Shown piece by piece: positions 1-9,778 of a DNA stretch of 64,000 bases. The DNA is from an uncultured bacterium. Lineage in GTDB: Bacteria; Desulfobacterota_D; UBA1144; Nemesobacterales; UBA2774. The translations under genes and the position numbers were made by a program. Every line of letters starts with the position of its first letter. The stretch's first letter is position 1. The stretch is taken from the NCBI GenBank assembly GCA_963825135.1, contig CAWGRW010000009.1, forward strand, positions 2,112,001 through 2,176,000, given 5' to 3'. A model generated the notes under the pieces. The model was given only the letters and a program-made list of their open reading frames with translations. It did no database searches and was not told the origin of the DNA.

Positions 1-770
1 CGGCTGTTTACGTTCGGGATCTCGGGTTTGAAGGCGAAGTTCGTTATAGGCTTTCCGAAAATCAAGTCTTTTATCAGGGCGATGAACTGCGGTGACTCGG
101 CCATGTTCTTATAGGTAATCACAAGCTTCCTCGGGACCGGGCGTTTGCCGTCTTCGATCCAGATCTGCCAGTCAATATCCTTCTCGACGAATACCAGATG
201 GTGGCAATTCGTGCCCATGACCTTGCTTAGACCAAAATAGGCCCCGGAAATAACATCAGCTGTCATTGCCTTGTACGTATCTATAAAAAGAAACTCGCTC
301 AGAGCGGGGGTAAACTGATATTCCTCTTTCAGCTTATTCAGTGCCTGGTCTACAGAAGGGGGAAGCGTCGCGAGTGAGAAATCGTTAAGCGGCACTTCAA
401 GGAGCGTCGCCTGTCCTGCGTCATACCAGAGTTTGTATCCCCCGAGGTCGGTTATATATCCCACGTAAAATTTATCCGGTTTCTTGAGGTATACGGTTTC
501 TTCCGCGTTGTATTGAATCTTCTGTTTGGATTCCAGCACATCGTCGAACATCATTTCCGCTTTAAATGTATATTCATATTGACTGCCCATATAGTAGCTC
601 ATGGCCTGAAGGACGGCTGCAGCCTTAGGGTCTATATTCGGATTCGCATCCTGGGCGTTGGCGCTAACCTGCAGGAACAACGAGCCGTAGCCCGCAAATA
701 ATACGGCAATGAATATATAGAGTGAGATTGAACTCAGCTTCTTTGGTAAACAGTGTGCAGCTCTAATCAT
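1..770 (-). CDS. DUF2092-family periplasmic protein (3' end runs off window)
   Basis: Not in the ORF track. My translation from the ATG at 770 (SD AGGAGGGGG) gives a signal peptide and the motif CHHLVFVEKDIDWQIWIEDGKRPVPRKLVITYK, typical of DUF2092. Confidence 0.85.
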   Translation of the reverse strand, partial: MIRAAHCLPKKLSSISLYIFIAVLFAGYGSLFLQVSANAQDANPNIDPKAAAVLQAMSYYMGSQYEYTFKAEMMFDDVLESKQKIQYNAEETVYLKKPDKFYVGYITDLGGYKLWYDAGQATLLEVPLNDFSLATLPPSVDQALNKLKEEYQFTPALSEFLFIDTYKAMTADVISGAYFGLSKVMGTNCHHLVFVEKDIDWQIWIEDGKRPVPRKLVITYKNMAESPQFIALIKDLIFGKPITNFAFKPEIPNVNS

Positions 771-1112
771 AATACCCCCTCCTTTTTCCTTGTGGTAAGC
801 CCGCATTTTATTTTTGTAAAGCTTCCCAGCAGTTTATACAGTATCATAATTCTTTCACGGTTTTCAACCTTCGGCCATAGAGTCCGGACAGGATACCGGC
901 TATCCCCTCGTTACGACCTTCGTCTGCGGGGACTATTAGAACTCTTCCGGCACCATGCCTGATCTGAATCTATTCTATTGACTGTATTGACATAAAATTG
1001 AAAGAGACCAATAATTAGGCAAACGTTTAATCAATCCCGGGTGTAAGCCTTGAGCGGGACGGAGGGCGGGAGATTTCTTTCAATAATTCAAATGGGTAAG
1101 GAGATGAGAGAT

Positions 1113-2336
1113 ATGAACTTTTTGCGTGCCGTCATTGTGGTTCTTTTTGCCGTTAATTTGTTCTTTATTCCGCGCTCGCACGCGGGATTCAGCTTCGTGC
1201 CGAACGATTTGATGACTACCCCGTTCGGCCCTGCATATGCCGATATATTACTCGAACCTACGAATTTTCTGCCGTGCGAAGGGGGACCGTATGCCCTCTG
1301 TTATTACTCGGGCCCCGGACCAGAGACATGCGAGCTTACCGGGGACGGTACGTTCGCAAATTGCAAGTGCTTCGAAATCGCGTATGGGAAATATTTCGTC
1401 GATATAAACGCAATACTCGATAAGGACATATATCTCGATACTGTGGATGTATGCGGCGCCGACGGAAGCGGTTGTCAGACGACGAACTCGGCTCCTGTCT
1501 GCGAATCTATAAACAGCGGGAGTTTTATTCCCGGGGCTGACGTCATATCCGTGTTCAGCTTCGATTGCATCCCTGAGGAGGGTATAGGAGATACGAACTG
1601 TCCGCAATCCCTTTATGCCGGGTGCATGACGGCTCCCTGTCTCAGGACCGGGGAGGAGGGGATAGTGCAATGCTCGTGTCCGACCTACGACGGGCCCTAT
1701 CAGGTGGGGCTCGATAATCAGGCCTGCGTGCTGGAGGACGACCTCGTGTGGTCAGCCGCATACAACCCGAATATCACCGGCACAGCGCCGGTACCGCCTC
1801 CGGGAGGCTGCATACCCGACGCGCCGGAATCGGTCGGAGGTTGTCCGCTTATCAGCGAGGACATTCCTCCTCCCCCGCCTAACGTCGACTGCGGTGAGGT
1901 GTGCGAGGAGTATGACAGCTGTGTTAGTTCCAATGACCTCCAATCCGGGTATACATGCGACGCTACTTTGTGTACATCGCGGTGTAACGACAGGGGGCTC
2001 GTGGGGGAAGCGTGCTCCGGACTTCAGGGCTGTGCAATTTCGGAGATAGTCAAGCTCGAATCGGAGGTCGGGTGCAGCTGCTGCGCGAGCCAGATTTGCG
2101 GCTGTGACGCTGACAGCAAAACCGACAAAGCGGTGTTCGGACTCAATAAGCGACAGAGGGAGAAGGGTATAACACCCCAGTGCGATATAAACGGCACGCT
2201 TTGCGGGGAGAGTAAGCATAACGGGGGCTCGGGCTGCGCTCTCGCCGCCGAGGGCGGGGACGGAAGCTTTCCGCTACTTTTCATGTTGCCTGCACTTGTG
2301 GTTGCGGTAAGATTATGGAGAAAGTCCCGCTATTGA
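1113..2336 (+). CDS. Secreted cysteine-rich protein with MYXO-CTERM-like C-terminal sorting tail
   Basis: Signal peptide MNFLRAVIVVLFAV...SHA; 32 Cys in the body; C-terminus GGSGC + hydrophobic helix + RLWRKSRY. Confidence 0.75.
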   Translation: MNFLRAVIVVLFAVNLFFIPRSHAGFSFVPNDLMTTPFGPAYADILLEPTNFLPCEGGPYALCYYSGPGPETCELTGDGTFANCKCFEIAYGKYFVDINAILDKDIYLDTVDVCGADGSGCQTTNSAPVCESINSGSFIPGADVISVFSFDCIPEEGIGDTNCPQSLYAGCMTAPCLRTGEEGIVQCSCPTYDGPYQVGLDNQACVLEDDLVWSAAYNPNITGTAPVPPPGGCIPDAPESVGGCPLISEDIPPPPPNVDCGEVCEEYDSCVSSNDLQSGYTCDATLCTSRCNDRGLVGEACSGLQGCAISEIVKLESEVGCSCCASQICGCDADSKTDKAVFGLNKRQREKGITPQCDINGTLCGESKHNGGSGCALAAEGGDGSFPLLFMLPALVVAVRLWRKSRY

Positions 2337-2375
2337 TTGGAGAAGTCCGTGGGTAAAAAAAGCGTATATATCGGA

Positions 2376-2579
2376 ATGAGAAAAGTGCTTATCGCTCTGG
2401 CAATCGTCACGATCCTGTCGGCGGCAGTCATTTATCTGACGTCGACACCCGTAAAGTGCGACGACTGCAATCAGGGGAATAAGTGCAGCACTTCCTTTGA
2501 CTGCGGGGAGATCGGGGTCTGTTATTGTCAGTATACCTTCGAGGAGGAGAACGGCGAAGGTACCTGTTTTTTTGAATAG
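2376..2579 (+). CDS. Small secreted or membrane-anchored Cys-rich peptide
   Basis: MRK + hydrophobic segment, then 7 Cys in about 40 aa (CDDC..C..DC..CYC..C). Confidence 0.6.
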   Translation: MRKVLIALAIVTILSAAVIYLTSTPVKCDDCNQGNKCSTSFDCGEIGVCYCQYTFEEENGEGTCFFE

Positions 2580-2646
2580 CGAGGCTGTCCGGCAGATACC
2601 ATGGAGCGTGCTTCCCGCATGTCCCGGCGGCGATTACCAGAGTTGT

Positions 2647-3339
2647 CTACTTACACCCTTTTCTTAATTGTTCGAGCGACGTATTGAATCCCCTCAGCGC
2701 GGGCGGTATGTCGATGCTGAACAGCATTATATCCACAGGCTCCACGTCCTGCTGATATGCATTGAAAGTATCCCCGCTATCGTAAACGAGCGTGCCGCCG
2801 GATGCGTCATACGCCTTAACCTGGCCGCCTGCGGGTCCGGCGTAGGCTATGAAGGATTTCGGCGTTTCGTTGCCTGTCCCCGAACCAGAAACCGTATTAT
2901 CGTGATTCAGCTGAACCTGATCGCCGAGAACGGACTTTACGCCGCTTCTGTCCATGACGAGCACTACGAGTCCCCCGCCGTTTTCATTGAAGGTCTCAAG
3001 GTTCGTAATCTGAAAGAATATAGGGGGGGCGAATTTCCCGGAATCCGTGTAGCGGCATCCGAGAAGTCCCGTGCCTGCAAAATCGTCCCTGCCGGGAGCC
3101 ACATGGATCGACGGGATTGCGAGAATGCATTCGGCTCTGCAGATTATATTCTGCGGGATGGAGTTATTCGGGTCTCCTTTCACATCCGCCGAAATGCCGT
3201 TGATGAATTTAGAGGAATTGTCGGATATGGTCTGGACGGGGGTTTTGACATTAAATCCTTCTGTCTGTGCGAAGGATGAAACACCGGTGAGTATTGCAAA
3301 TAAAGCGGCGGACATGATCGGCATTGCAAATTTTATCAT
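2647..3339 (-). CDS. Divergent SYLF/Ysc84-like lipid-binding domain protein, secreted
   Basis: Signal peptide; IPQNIICRAECILAIP...GTGLLGCR...FAPPIFFQI...LVVLVM pattern resembles SYLF. Confidence 0.55.
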   Translation of the reverse strand: MIKFAMPIMSAALFAILTGVSSFAQTEGFNVKTPVQTISDNSSKFINGISADVKGDPNNSIPQNIICRAECILAIPSIHVAPGRDDFAGTGLLGCRYTDSGKFAPPIFFQITNLETFNENGGGLVVLVMDRSGVKSVLGDQVQLNHDNTVSGSGTGNETPKSFIAYAGPAGGQVKAYDASGGTLVYDSGDTFNAYQQDVEPVDIMLFSIDIPPALRGFNTSLEQLRKGCK

Positions 3340-3435
3340 TAGCGGGGTCTCCGGGAAAATAGAATGTAAAAAAAACTGACGACACATTAAACTATTCGAG
3401 AAAAGTTAAGGTACCGTTAAGATAGAGTTAAAATT

Positions 3436-3954
3436 CTATTTGCGCTCCATCATAATTTGAAGGGAAGGCAGAAACGGAATATCCGTAATTCCGGGATCGA
3501 TTCCGAGCTGCTTAATTAATGTCGTTATTTGACCACGGTGGTGCGTTTGATGATTGAACATGTGCGCGGCAAGTATCCATCTCGGAAACGTCCTGGTCTG
3601 CCCGTCCACATTGCTGATATATACGTAATCACGGTCCATGTATTCCCCGGTCAATGTCCCCGCCCACTCAATCAATTCGATGTCGATTTTTTCCTGGGCC
3701 GCTCTCAGATCGTCAAAATCCTCGAAAATATCGACGCCTAATTCCCGCGGGGTGAATTTAGTGTCGCGGAGTCTTTCAAGCCAGGCTATGTCACCGTAAT
3801 AAATATGGTTCAGGGTGCCGTGTATCGATTTGAAGTATGTCCCCAGATCCTTCTTTCGGTCGTTATCCGGGATCCGGCCGCATACGTCGTACAGCTTGCC
3901 GTCCATCCACAGGTTATATTGAGCCATGAGTTCGTAGTAATTTTTTGGGAACAA
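3436..3954 (-). CDS. DinB/YfiT-family protein
   Basis: YNLWMD, SIHGTLNH and HMFNHQTHHRGQ motifs. Confidence 0.9.
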   Translation of the reverse strand: MFPKNYYELMAQYNLWMDGKLYDVCGRIPDNDRKKDLGTYFKSIHGTLNHIYYGDIAWLERLRDTKFTPRELGVDIFEDFDDLRAAQEKIDIELIEWAGTLTGEYMDRDYVYISNVDGQTRTFPRWILAAHMFNHQTHHRGQITTLIKQLGIDPGITDIPFLPSLQIMMERK

Positions 3955-4025
3955 AGGGGGAGCGCCTCGTTTGTCTCCTGGATAAGGTCGTAATCCTGTA
4001 TGTTAAGGCGGCCCCTGTATGAGTC

Positions 4026-4373
4026 CTAGATCAAATGATATATGAGCATAAAGACGTATCGGAGGTTCCTCACCTTATCCCTCACTTCATGCGTGTCGCT
4101 CATGGTCCTTACCTGGAGCTCGAGGAAGCTGTTATAGTGTCTGGCGACAATCTCGAATTCTTGAAAGTTTATTCTTATCGGGTCATGGATCATCAGGGGA
4201 CGGACGTTTAGCCTGGCGCTTTCCACGATAATATCGTCTCCATCCATATGTGCATGGAACCAGCGCTCGGAATCGGGCAGGGGCAGCTCAATCCCCGTAC
4301 CTATTTTCGATTTCAGGAGCTCCCATTCTTCTTTTTTGGAATCGCTGAATTCAATCTTTCTGTCGAATAGCAC
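4026..4373 (-). CDS. Hypothetical protein
   Basis: ORF with SD GGAGG upstream; no recognisable motif. Confidence 0.65.
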   Translation of the reverse strand: MLFDRKIEFSDSKKEEWELLKSKIGTGIELPLPDSERWFHAHMDGDDIIVESARLNVRPLMIHDPIRINFQEFEIVARHYNSFLELQVRTMSDTHEVRDKVRNLRYVFMLIYHLI

Positions 4374-4500
4374 TATTCACTACCTCCTTTGGCGTTAACA
4401 AAGCCGCAGTGAGACTGTAACAGGTTTTTACAGAAATGCTAGTATCTTGAGTTCTTCCTGCTTCCCGGTTACGCGGTGCATAACTCTGGCGCGTTTACAA

Positions 4501-4974
4501 TTACTCGTCATTCACTATGGGCGTATTCTGGTTAACGACGGGGTCGGGTTCGTTTACGACGGCTTCGGGCTCTTCTACGGCGGGTCCTGGCTCGTCCTGT
4601 ACGTCCCCATTGTCGTCGGCCTGCTGAGGTTCGGGTTCGTTTACCACGTTTACGTTCTCGTTTATTACAGGCTCGCCGGGCTGTATTATGTAGGGCTCTG
4701 TCTGGTCTATAGGCGGATCAGGCTCAGTGATTACGCTATCGGGCGAGAGAGCAGGGTCGTCGATATCGCCGGGCTCGGGGGCCTGGGGGGTGTCCGGAAT
4801 AGGGGGCGCCATGTCATCGTCATCGTATTGGACCAGCAGGGTCCCTTTGCCGGAGGATAACACAGACGCGCTGGCGGTATCAGAGCTCGCGAATAATGCT
4901 GTGAGACCCGGAAGGGCCATTAACGCTAATAATACATATCCTGCCGGTAATATATTATGTTTAAAGTTTTTCAT
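4501..4974 (-). CDS. Secreted acidic Pro/Asp/Glu-rich protein, paralog of 5087..5794
   Basis: Signal peptide, LSS..G..LVQYD motif and low-complexity acidic tail. Confidence 0.75.
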   Translation of the reverse strand: MKNFKHNILPAGYVLLALMALPGLTALFASSDTASASVLSSGKGTLLVQYDDDDMAPPIPDTPQAPEPGDIDDPALSPDSVITEPDPPIDQTEPYIIQPGEPVINENVNVVNEPEPQQADDNGDVQDEPGPAVEEPEAVVNEPDPVVNQNTPIVNDE

Positions 4975-5002
4975 GCTTTCTCTCCTGTTGCTCTATTTAG
5001 TT

Positions 5003-5033
5003 GTTATATTGACCTTTTGTAAAATTGTCAATA
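5003..5033 (-). promoter_or_regulatory. Sigma70-like promoter overlapped by an inverted repeat
   Basis: Minus strand TTGACA-17 bp-TATAAC upstream of the 4974 start; TATTGAC-N13-GTCAATA dyad at 5007-5033. Confidence 0.5.
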
Positions 5034-5086
5034 GGCTGTCGATATCGCTCTGAGCGAGCGCGGTCCTATCTATAAGCCCTGAGTTC

Positions 5087-5794
5087 CTAGTGCGCCAGGG
5101 GTGCGGGATGAATAACGAGCGGGGCGGGCTGTCTTACGAGGGGCGCCGGGTGATTGACGAGCGGAGCGGACTGCCCTACGAGGGGAGCAGGTTGGATAAC
5201 GAGCGGGGCGGGCTGACGTACAAGCGGCGAGGGCTGCTCAACGAGCGGATATCCCTGGTCGACGAGAGGCCGGGCCTGCTCGACTAGAGGGTATGGTTGG
5301 CCGACTAGGGGTGCTGTATGTTCTACAAGAGGGCCGGGCCTGTCAACTAGCGGCGGGGGCTCGTCTACTAAAGGGTCGGGTTGTTCCACCAAAGGCGCCT
5401 GCTCGTCCGATAAAAACTCTTCATTTTCCTGGAACTCTTGCGGATCTCCGTCCTGATAATTTTCGGATTCGTCTCCATATGTATCAGGGTCCTCAACGTA
5501 GGGCTCGGTTTCGTCGACAGGCGGGTTGGGCTCGGAGGCTGTGCCGTCCGCGGACTGCGCGTCGTCTTCAATTTCACCCGGCTCCCCCGCCTGGGTTACA
5601 TCGGGTACCGTAACCGGCGCAATGCCGCCTTCGTCGTATTGAACGCGTGTTCGACCGGAGTCGGAGGATAAAGCGGCCCCTGACGCAGGGATGAAATCAG
5701 TCGTTAGAATGAATAGGGAAATTCCCGCCGCGATTAGAAGCAAGTGAAAAAAAGACGGTTCTGCGCGGGCTGAGTGTTCGCTTGACTCTCTCAT
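5087..5794 (-). CDS. Secreted acidic protein with C-terminal PLVxQPx heptad repeats
   Basis: Hydrophobic N-terminus, RVQYD motif and 14 tandem 7-aa repeats. Confidence 0.75.
   Translation of the reverse strand: MRESSEHSARAEPSFFHLLLIAAGISLFILTTDFIPASGAALSSDSGRTRVQYDEGGIAPVTVPDVTQAGEPGEIEDDAQSADGTASEPNPPVDETEPYVEDPDTYGDESENYQDGDPQEFQENEEFLSDEQAPLVEQPDPLVDEPPPLVDRPGPLVEHTAPLVGQPYPLVEQARPLVDQGYPLVEQPSPLVRQPAPLVIQPAPLVGQSAPLVNHPAPLVRQPAPLVIHPAPLAH
5090..5395 (-). repeat. Coding 21-bp tandem repeat (14 heptads PLVxxxx plus a partial unit)
   Basis: PLVEQPD PLVDEPP ... PLVIHPA PLAH read directly from the translation. Confidence 0.9.
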
Positions 5795-5837
5795 TGTGCG
5801 TTATTACTGCTTTCAGGACTTATCGTAGGGATATAAT

Positions 5838-6266
5838 TCATTCCTTGATCGGCGTCGCCGATATTACCTGTATATCGCCCAAGTCATAGTTCTGGTTCCC
5901 GGCTCCCACGGTTAAGCCGCCCTTCAGATATGTGTTCTTGCTTTTTGGCGGGAGCGTGACAGGCAGCATCCCGGTGGATGTGGCAATGATTCCGGCGGCG
6001 GGCTGTGAATACGAGGTGTAAATGAGATTCACGCGTATGTCCCTGTACGGAACGTCGGCTGTGTTCTCTATCGTGACGGAGCTCAGTATCGCGACCCTGG
6101 CGGCTGTATAAAAGGACCAGTCCGTGATCTTTATGTACCACTCGGGATGAAGCACCTGGTTGCTGTCATAGCTGAATTTATCCGAATCGACGGGGTTCTG
6201 GGCGTAAGACATCGTGCATATGCATATGAATGCCAGAGCGAACAGCATCTTTCCGAGGTTTTTCAT
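5838..6266 (-). CDS. Secreted hypothetical protein (possible Ig-like/FxLYD-like beta domain)
   Basis: Signal peptide MKNLGKMLFALAF..SYA; VTIENTADVPYRDIRVNLIY pattern. Confidence 0.6.
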   Translation of the reverse strand: MKNLGKMLFALAFICICTMSYAQNPVDSDKFSYDSNQVLHPEWYIKITDWSFYTAARVAILSSVTIENTADVPYRDIRVNLIYTSYSQPAAGIIATSTGMLPVTLPPKSKNTYLKGGLTVGAGNQNYDLGDIQVISATPIKE

Positions 6267-6348
6267 AACGCAAAGTGTAATCAATAATATTTGCATATTC
6301 CACAAATATATATATGCGGGCAAGCGGGCTATCCTCTAATCGCCGAAC

Positions 6349-7026
6349 ATGGGATATAATGTTTTAACTTCAGACGACATGAAAAAGAATCTCCTGATAA
6401 TATTGACACTTGCAGCCGCAATTGCCGGGTGGGCCCTGTTGGCGTATATGTTTCATAACTATGACTTAAGGGAGAAATACTACGGCAAGGCTTACAGCAG
6501 GCAGGCCCCGGATTTCAACCTCATCGATCAGGACGGGCTCCCCATATCCCTCAAGCGGTTCCGCGGTAAAGTGGTGCTCTTGGAGTGGGGGTACACGAAC
6601 TGCCCCGATGTATGTCCCGTAACCCTATCGAAGCTGAAAAAAGTGATGGAGGAGCTTGGTAACCGATCTGCCGATGTGCAGGTCCTCTTTATAACCGTTG
6701 ACCCCGAGAGGGATACGCCAGAGAGGTTAAAAGAATACATACCTTACTTCAATAAGGACTTTATAGGCGTGACGGGGACACCGGAAGGGATAAAAAAAAC
6801 GGCCAGGGATTACGGGGTTACAATTGTGAAGCACGAGGAAGTTTACGGGAGGAGCGAGAAGGACCACTGGGACAAGTACCTCATGACCCATACTAACACT
6901 GTATTTCTCGTCGACGGGGACGGCACGCTGCTCTTGACGTACCCCCATTACCTGCTCGAGCCCGCAAAAATCACTTCCGATATTAAAAGGCTATTGCGGG
7001 AAAAGGAAAAAATCCCTACACTGTAG
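6349..7026 (+). CDS. SCO1/SenC-family copper chaperone
   Basis: N-terminal TM segment, GYTNCPDVCP, ITVDPERDT and a conserved His (MTHT). Confidence 0.92.
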   Translation: MGYNVLTSDDMKKNLLIILTLAAAIAGWALLAYMFHNYDLREKYYGKAYSRQAPDFNLIDQDGLPISLKRFRGKVVLLEWGYTNCPDVCPVTLSKLKKVMEELGNRSADVQVLFITVDPERDTPERLKEYIPYFNKDFIGVTGTPEGIKKTARDYGVTIVKHEEVYGRSEKDHWDKYLMTHTNTVFLVDGDGTLLLTYPHYLLEPAKITSDIKRLLREKEKIPTL

Positions 7027-7054
7027 ATATAGTGAATTCGGGACAGGAGGATAC

Positions 7055-8524
7055 ATGCGATACCACGCCGGAGCCGCAGGCACATTATTAATAATTTTCA
7101 TCATTTCCTTTTTGTCGGTAAGCGGATGCGAAACCACCCATCATAAGCCTGACGGAGAGGCCTTTCACAATCCTCCCATTATATCCAGCGTAGGAGGAGT
7201 GATCGACGAGGACTTCGATGTCCTGTTCTCTCAGAACGAAGTAAACGGAAAACAGTTCGTGAGCCCAACTTACAACGGCGAATATACGCCGCCTGTGCTA
7301 AGGGTGAACCCGGGCGATACGATAAGGCTCAGGGTACACAACCTGATAGACCAGATGACGAACGTCCATTATCACGGCATGAATGTAAGCCCCTTGAGCC
7401 CTTCTGACGATATATTCATCATGATAACGCCGTCAGGGAGCTTCGACTATGAAGTCCAGATCCCCGATGACCACCCTGTAGGTATGTTCTATTATCATGC
7501 CCACCTTTTCGGTCTCACGGAATATCAGATTATGAGCGGACTTTCGGGGGGGCTGATCGTCAACGGAGTGCTCGCCCCGTTCCCTCAGCTCCAGGGCGTT
7601 AAGGAGCAGATCATGTACCTGAAGGACGTGCAGATAATAGACGGTCAGGTGCCGCAGGGAGATGATATAGATATTAGCGCGCCTACGAACCCAACGGTCA
7701 ACGGACAGACGAACCCGGTGCTGACGATACGACCCGGCGAGACGCAGTTCTGGCACATCGCCAATATCGGCGCCGACCACTACTATGACCTGGTACTCGA
7801 AGGCCATCAGTTCTATGAAATTGAAAGAGACGGCAACAGGCATAACCAGACCGTGGTAAAGGACGAGGAATACATGCCGACCGCTTCCCGTGTCGGGGTT
7901 CTGGTCCAGGGCGGCAAGCCGGGGACATACAGGCTGAGGGCGAGGAAAATAAGCACCGGTCCCCAGGGAGACCAATACGGAGGAGAGACTGTGCTGACGA
8001 TGGTCGTCGAGGGCGACCCCGTCGAGAATCCGATCGAGCTTCCAATTTCCCAGGCCGAATTTCCTGTCGTTGAGAATCTGTGCGACCAGCCGGTCCAGAG
8101 GAGCAGGAATTTCGTATTCTCCGAAACCGAGGACGGGGACACCTTCTTCATTAACGGCAAGGAATTCGACCCCGAGCGTGTGGATACTGTGGTGCATATC
8201 GGGGGCCTCGAAAGATGGACGCTTCAGAATACGTCTCAGGAGCTCCATGTATTCCACATTCACTTGACGGACTTTCAGGTATGCGAGATCAACGGTGTTG
8301 AGCAGCCGTTCATAGGGTATCAGGATACCGTGAACCTGCCTTATGAGGGACAGGACCCGGACTTTGACGGGCCCGGTGAAGTCGTGGTAGTCATCGATTT
8401 CAGGAACCCCATAATAGAGGGCAAGGCGGTTTACCATTGCCACATCGGACAGCACGAGGATAACGGAATGATGGCCGTGTTCGAGGCTTGTTTTGCCGAC
8501 GACTGCCCTCCCGAGGAGATGTAA
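7055..8524 (+). CDS. Multicopper oxidase (three-domain, lipoprotein)
   Basis: Lipobox VSGC; Cu motifs HYHG, YYHAH, HVFHIH and YHCHIGQHEDNGMM. Confidence 0.93.
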   Translation: MRYHAGAAGTLLIIFIISFLSVSGCETTHHKPDGEAFHNPPIISSVGGVIDEDFDVLFSQNEVNGKQFVSPTYNGEYTPPVLRVNPGDTIRLRVHNLIDQMTNVHYHGMNVSPLSPSDDIFIMITPSGSFDYEVQIPDDHPVGMFYYHAHLFGLTEYQIMSGLSGGLIVNGVLAPFPQLQGVKEQIMYLKDVQIIDGQVPQGDDIDISAPTNPTVNGQTNPVLTIRPGETQFWHIANIGADHYYDLVLEGHQFYEIERDGNRHNQTVVKDEEYMPTASRVGVLVQGGKPGTYRLRARKISTGPQGDQYGGETVLTMVVEGDPVENPIELPISQAEFPVVENLCDQPVQRSRNFVFSETEDGDTFFINGKEFDPERVDTVVHIGGLERWTLQNTSQELHVFHIHLTDFQVCEINGVEQPFIGYQDTVNLPYEGQDPDFDGPGEVVVVIDFRNPIIEGKAVYHCHIGQHEDNGMMAVFEACFADDCPPEEM

Positions 8525-8581
8525 CGGGGCTTGAACTTGATCTGATGTGTTAGATTATAATTGACTGGCAACCATCTGGAA

Positions 8582-9605
8582 TTATGCTATTTTCTCGGAA
8601 GCGAGGGTTTCCAGTTGCTTCATAGTTGCGAGGACGAGTTCTTTTAGCCCGGCTCCTGTTGCGGAGGATACGGGGCAAATCGTGATTCGCTTTTTATCGA
8701 AATATTTTTTGACCTCTTTGAGCTTCTCTCTAGCTTCCGTAATGTCTATCTTATTGGGCGCGACGATCTGGGGTTTCCTCGAAAGCTCCGCGCTGTAAGC
8801 TTCGAGCTCCCTGTTCAGGGTCTCGTAATCGTCGAGAGGATCCCTTCCCGTATCCGGAGAAAGGTCGATGAGGTGTATGAGAATCTTCGTGCGCTCGACG
8901 TGCCTCAAGAACTGGATGCCGAGTCCGGCCCCTTCATGAGCGCCTTCAATAATGCCCGGGTATATCGGCGATAACAAACGTTTTTCCGTCCCCGTAGCTT
9001 ACCACCCCAAGGTTCGGTACGAGCGTCGTGAAGGGGTAATCCGCGACCTTCGGTCGTGCGGCCGATATTCTGGATATGAGCGTGGATTTCCCGGCGTTCG
9101 GAAACCCTATTATGCCCACGTCCGCGAGGAGTTTCAGCTCGAGGAGTAATGTCTTCTCCTCGCCTTCGCCGCCGGGCTCGGCTATCTTCGGCGCCTGGTT
9201 GGTCGATGTCGCAAACCGGGCGTTTCCTTTGCCGCCCCTGCCGCCTTTCGCGACGAGCAGCGTTTCATCCTTTTCAGTAAGGTCTCCGAGGACCTCACCC
9301 GTTCCGAAGTCCCTGACAATCGTTCCCATTGGCACAGGGATGTGGAGCGTCTCGGCGTTTTTCCCGTGCATATCCTTTCCCTTTCCGTGCTCGCCTCTTT
9401 TCGCCCTGTAGTGCTGCTTGTATCTGTGGTCGAGGAGTGATGTCATGTTTTCATTCGTTATGACCACTACGTCGCCGCCGTTTCCGCCGTCCCCCCCGTT
9501 CGGGCCGCCGTGCGGGACGTACTTCTCCCTCCTGAAACTAACGCAGCCCCTGCCTCCGTCCCCGGACTTCACGTATATCTTCGCTTCATCAATGAACTTG
9601 ACCAT
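8582..9605 (-). CDS. obgE: GTPase ObgE/CgtA (split by a +1 frameshift near 8957)
   Basis: [41 protein letters not shown] and NKID; removing one extra G restores the frame. Confidence 0.95.
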
Positions 9606-9778
9606 GGGCTGTTATTATAATCGATTATTAAGAATATTCCGGCGAAGACCAAATCGGGTCGTCACGGAGAAAGCGCGTCGAGCTGTAATGTATAATTAAA
9701 ATGGTCGTACGAGACAGCAGACTGTATAGCTCAGTTTGAAACTGTTTAGAAAAATAAACCCTTCGGGAGAGAAACCAA

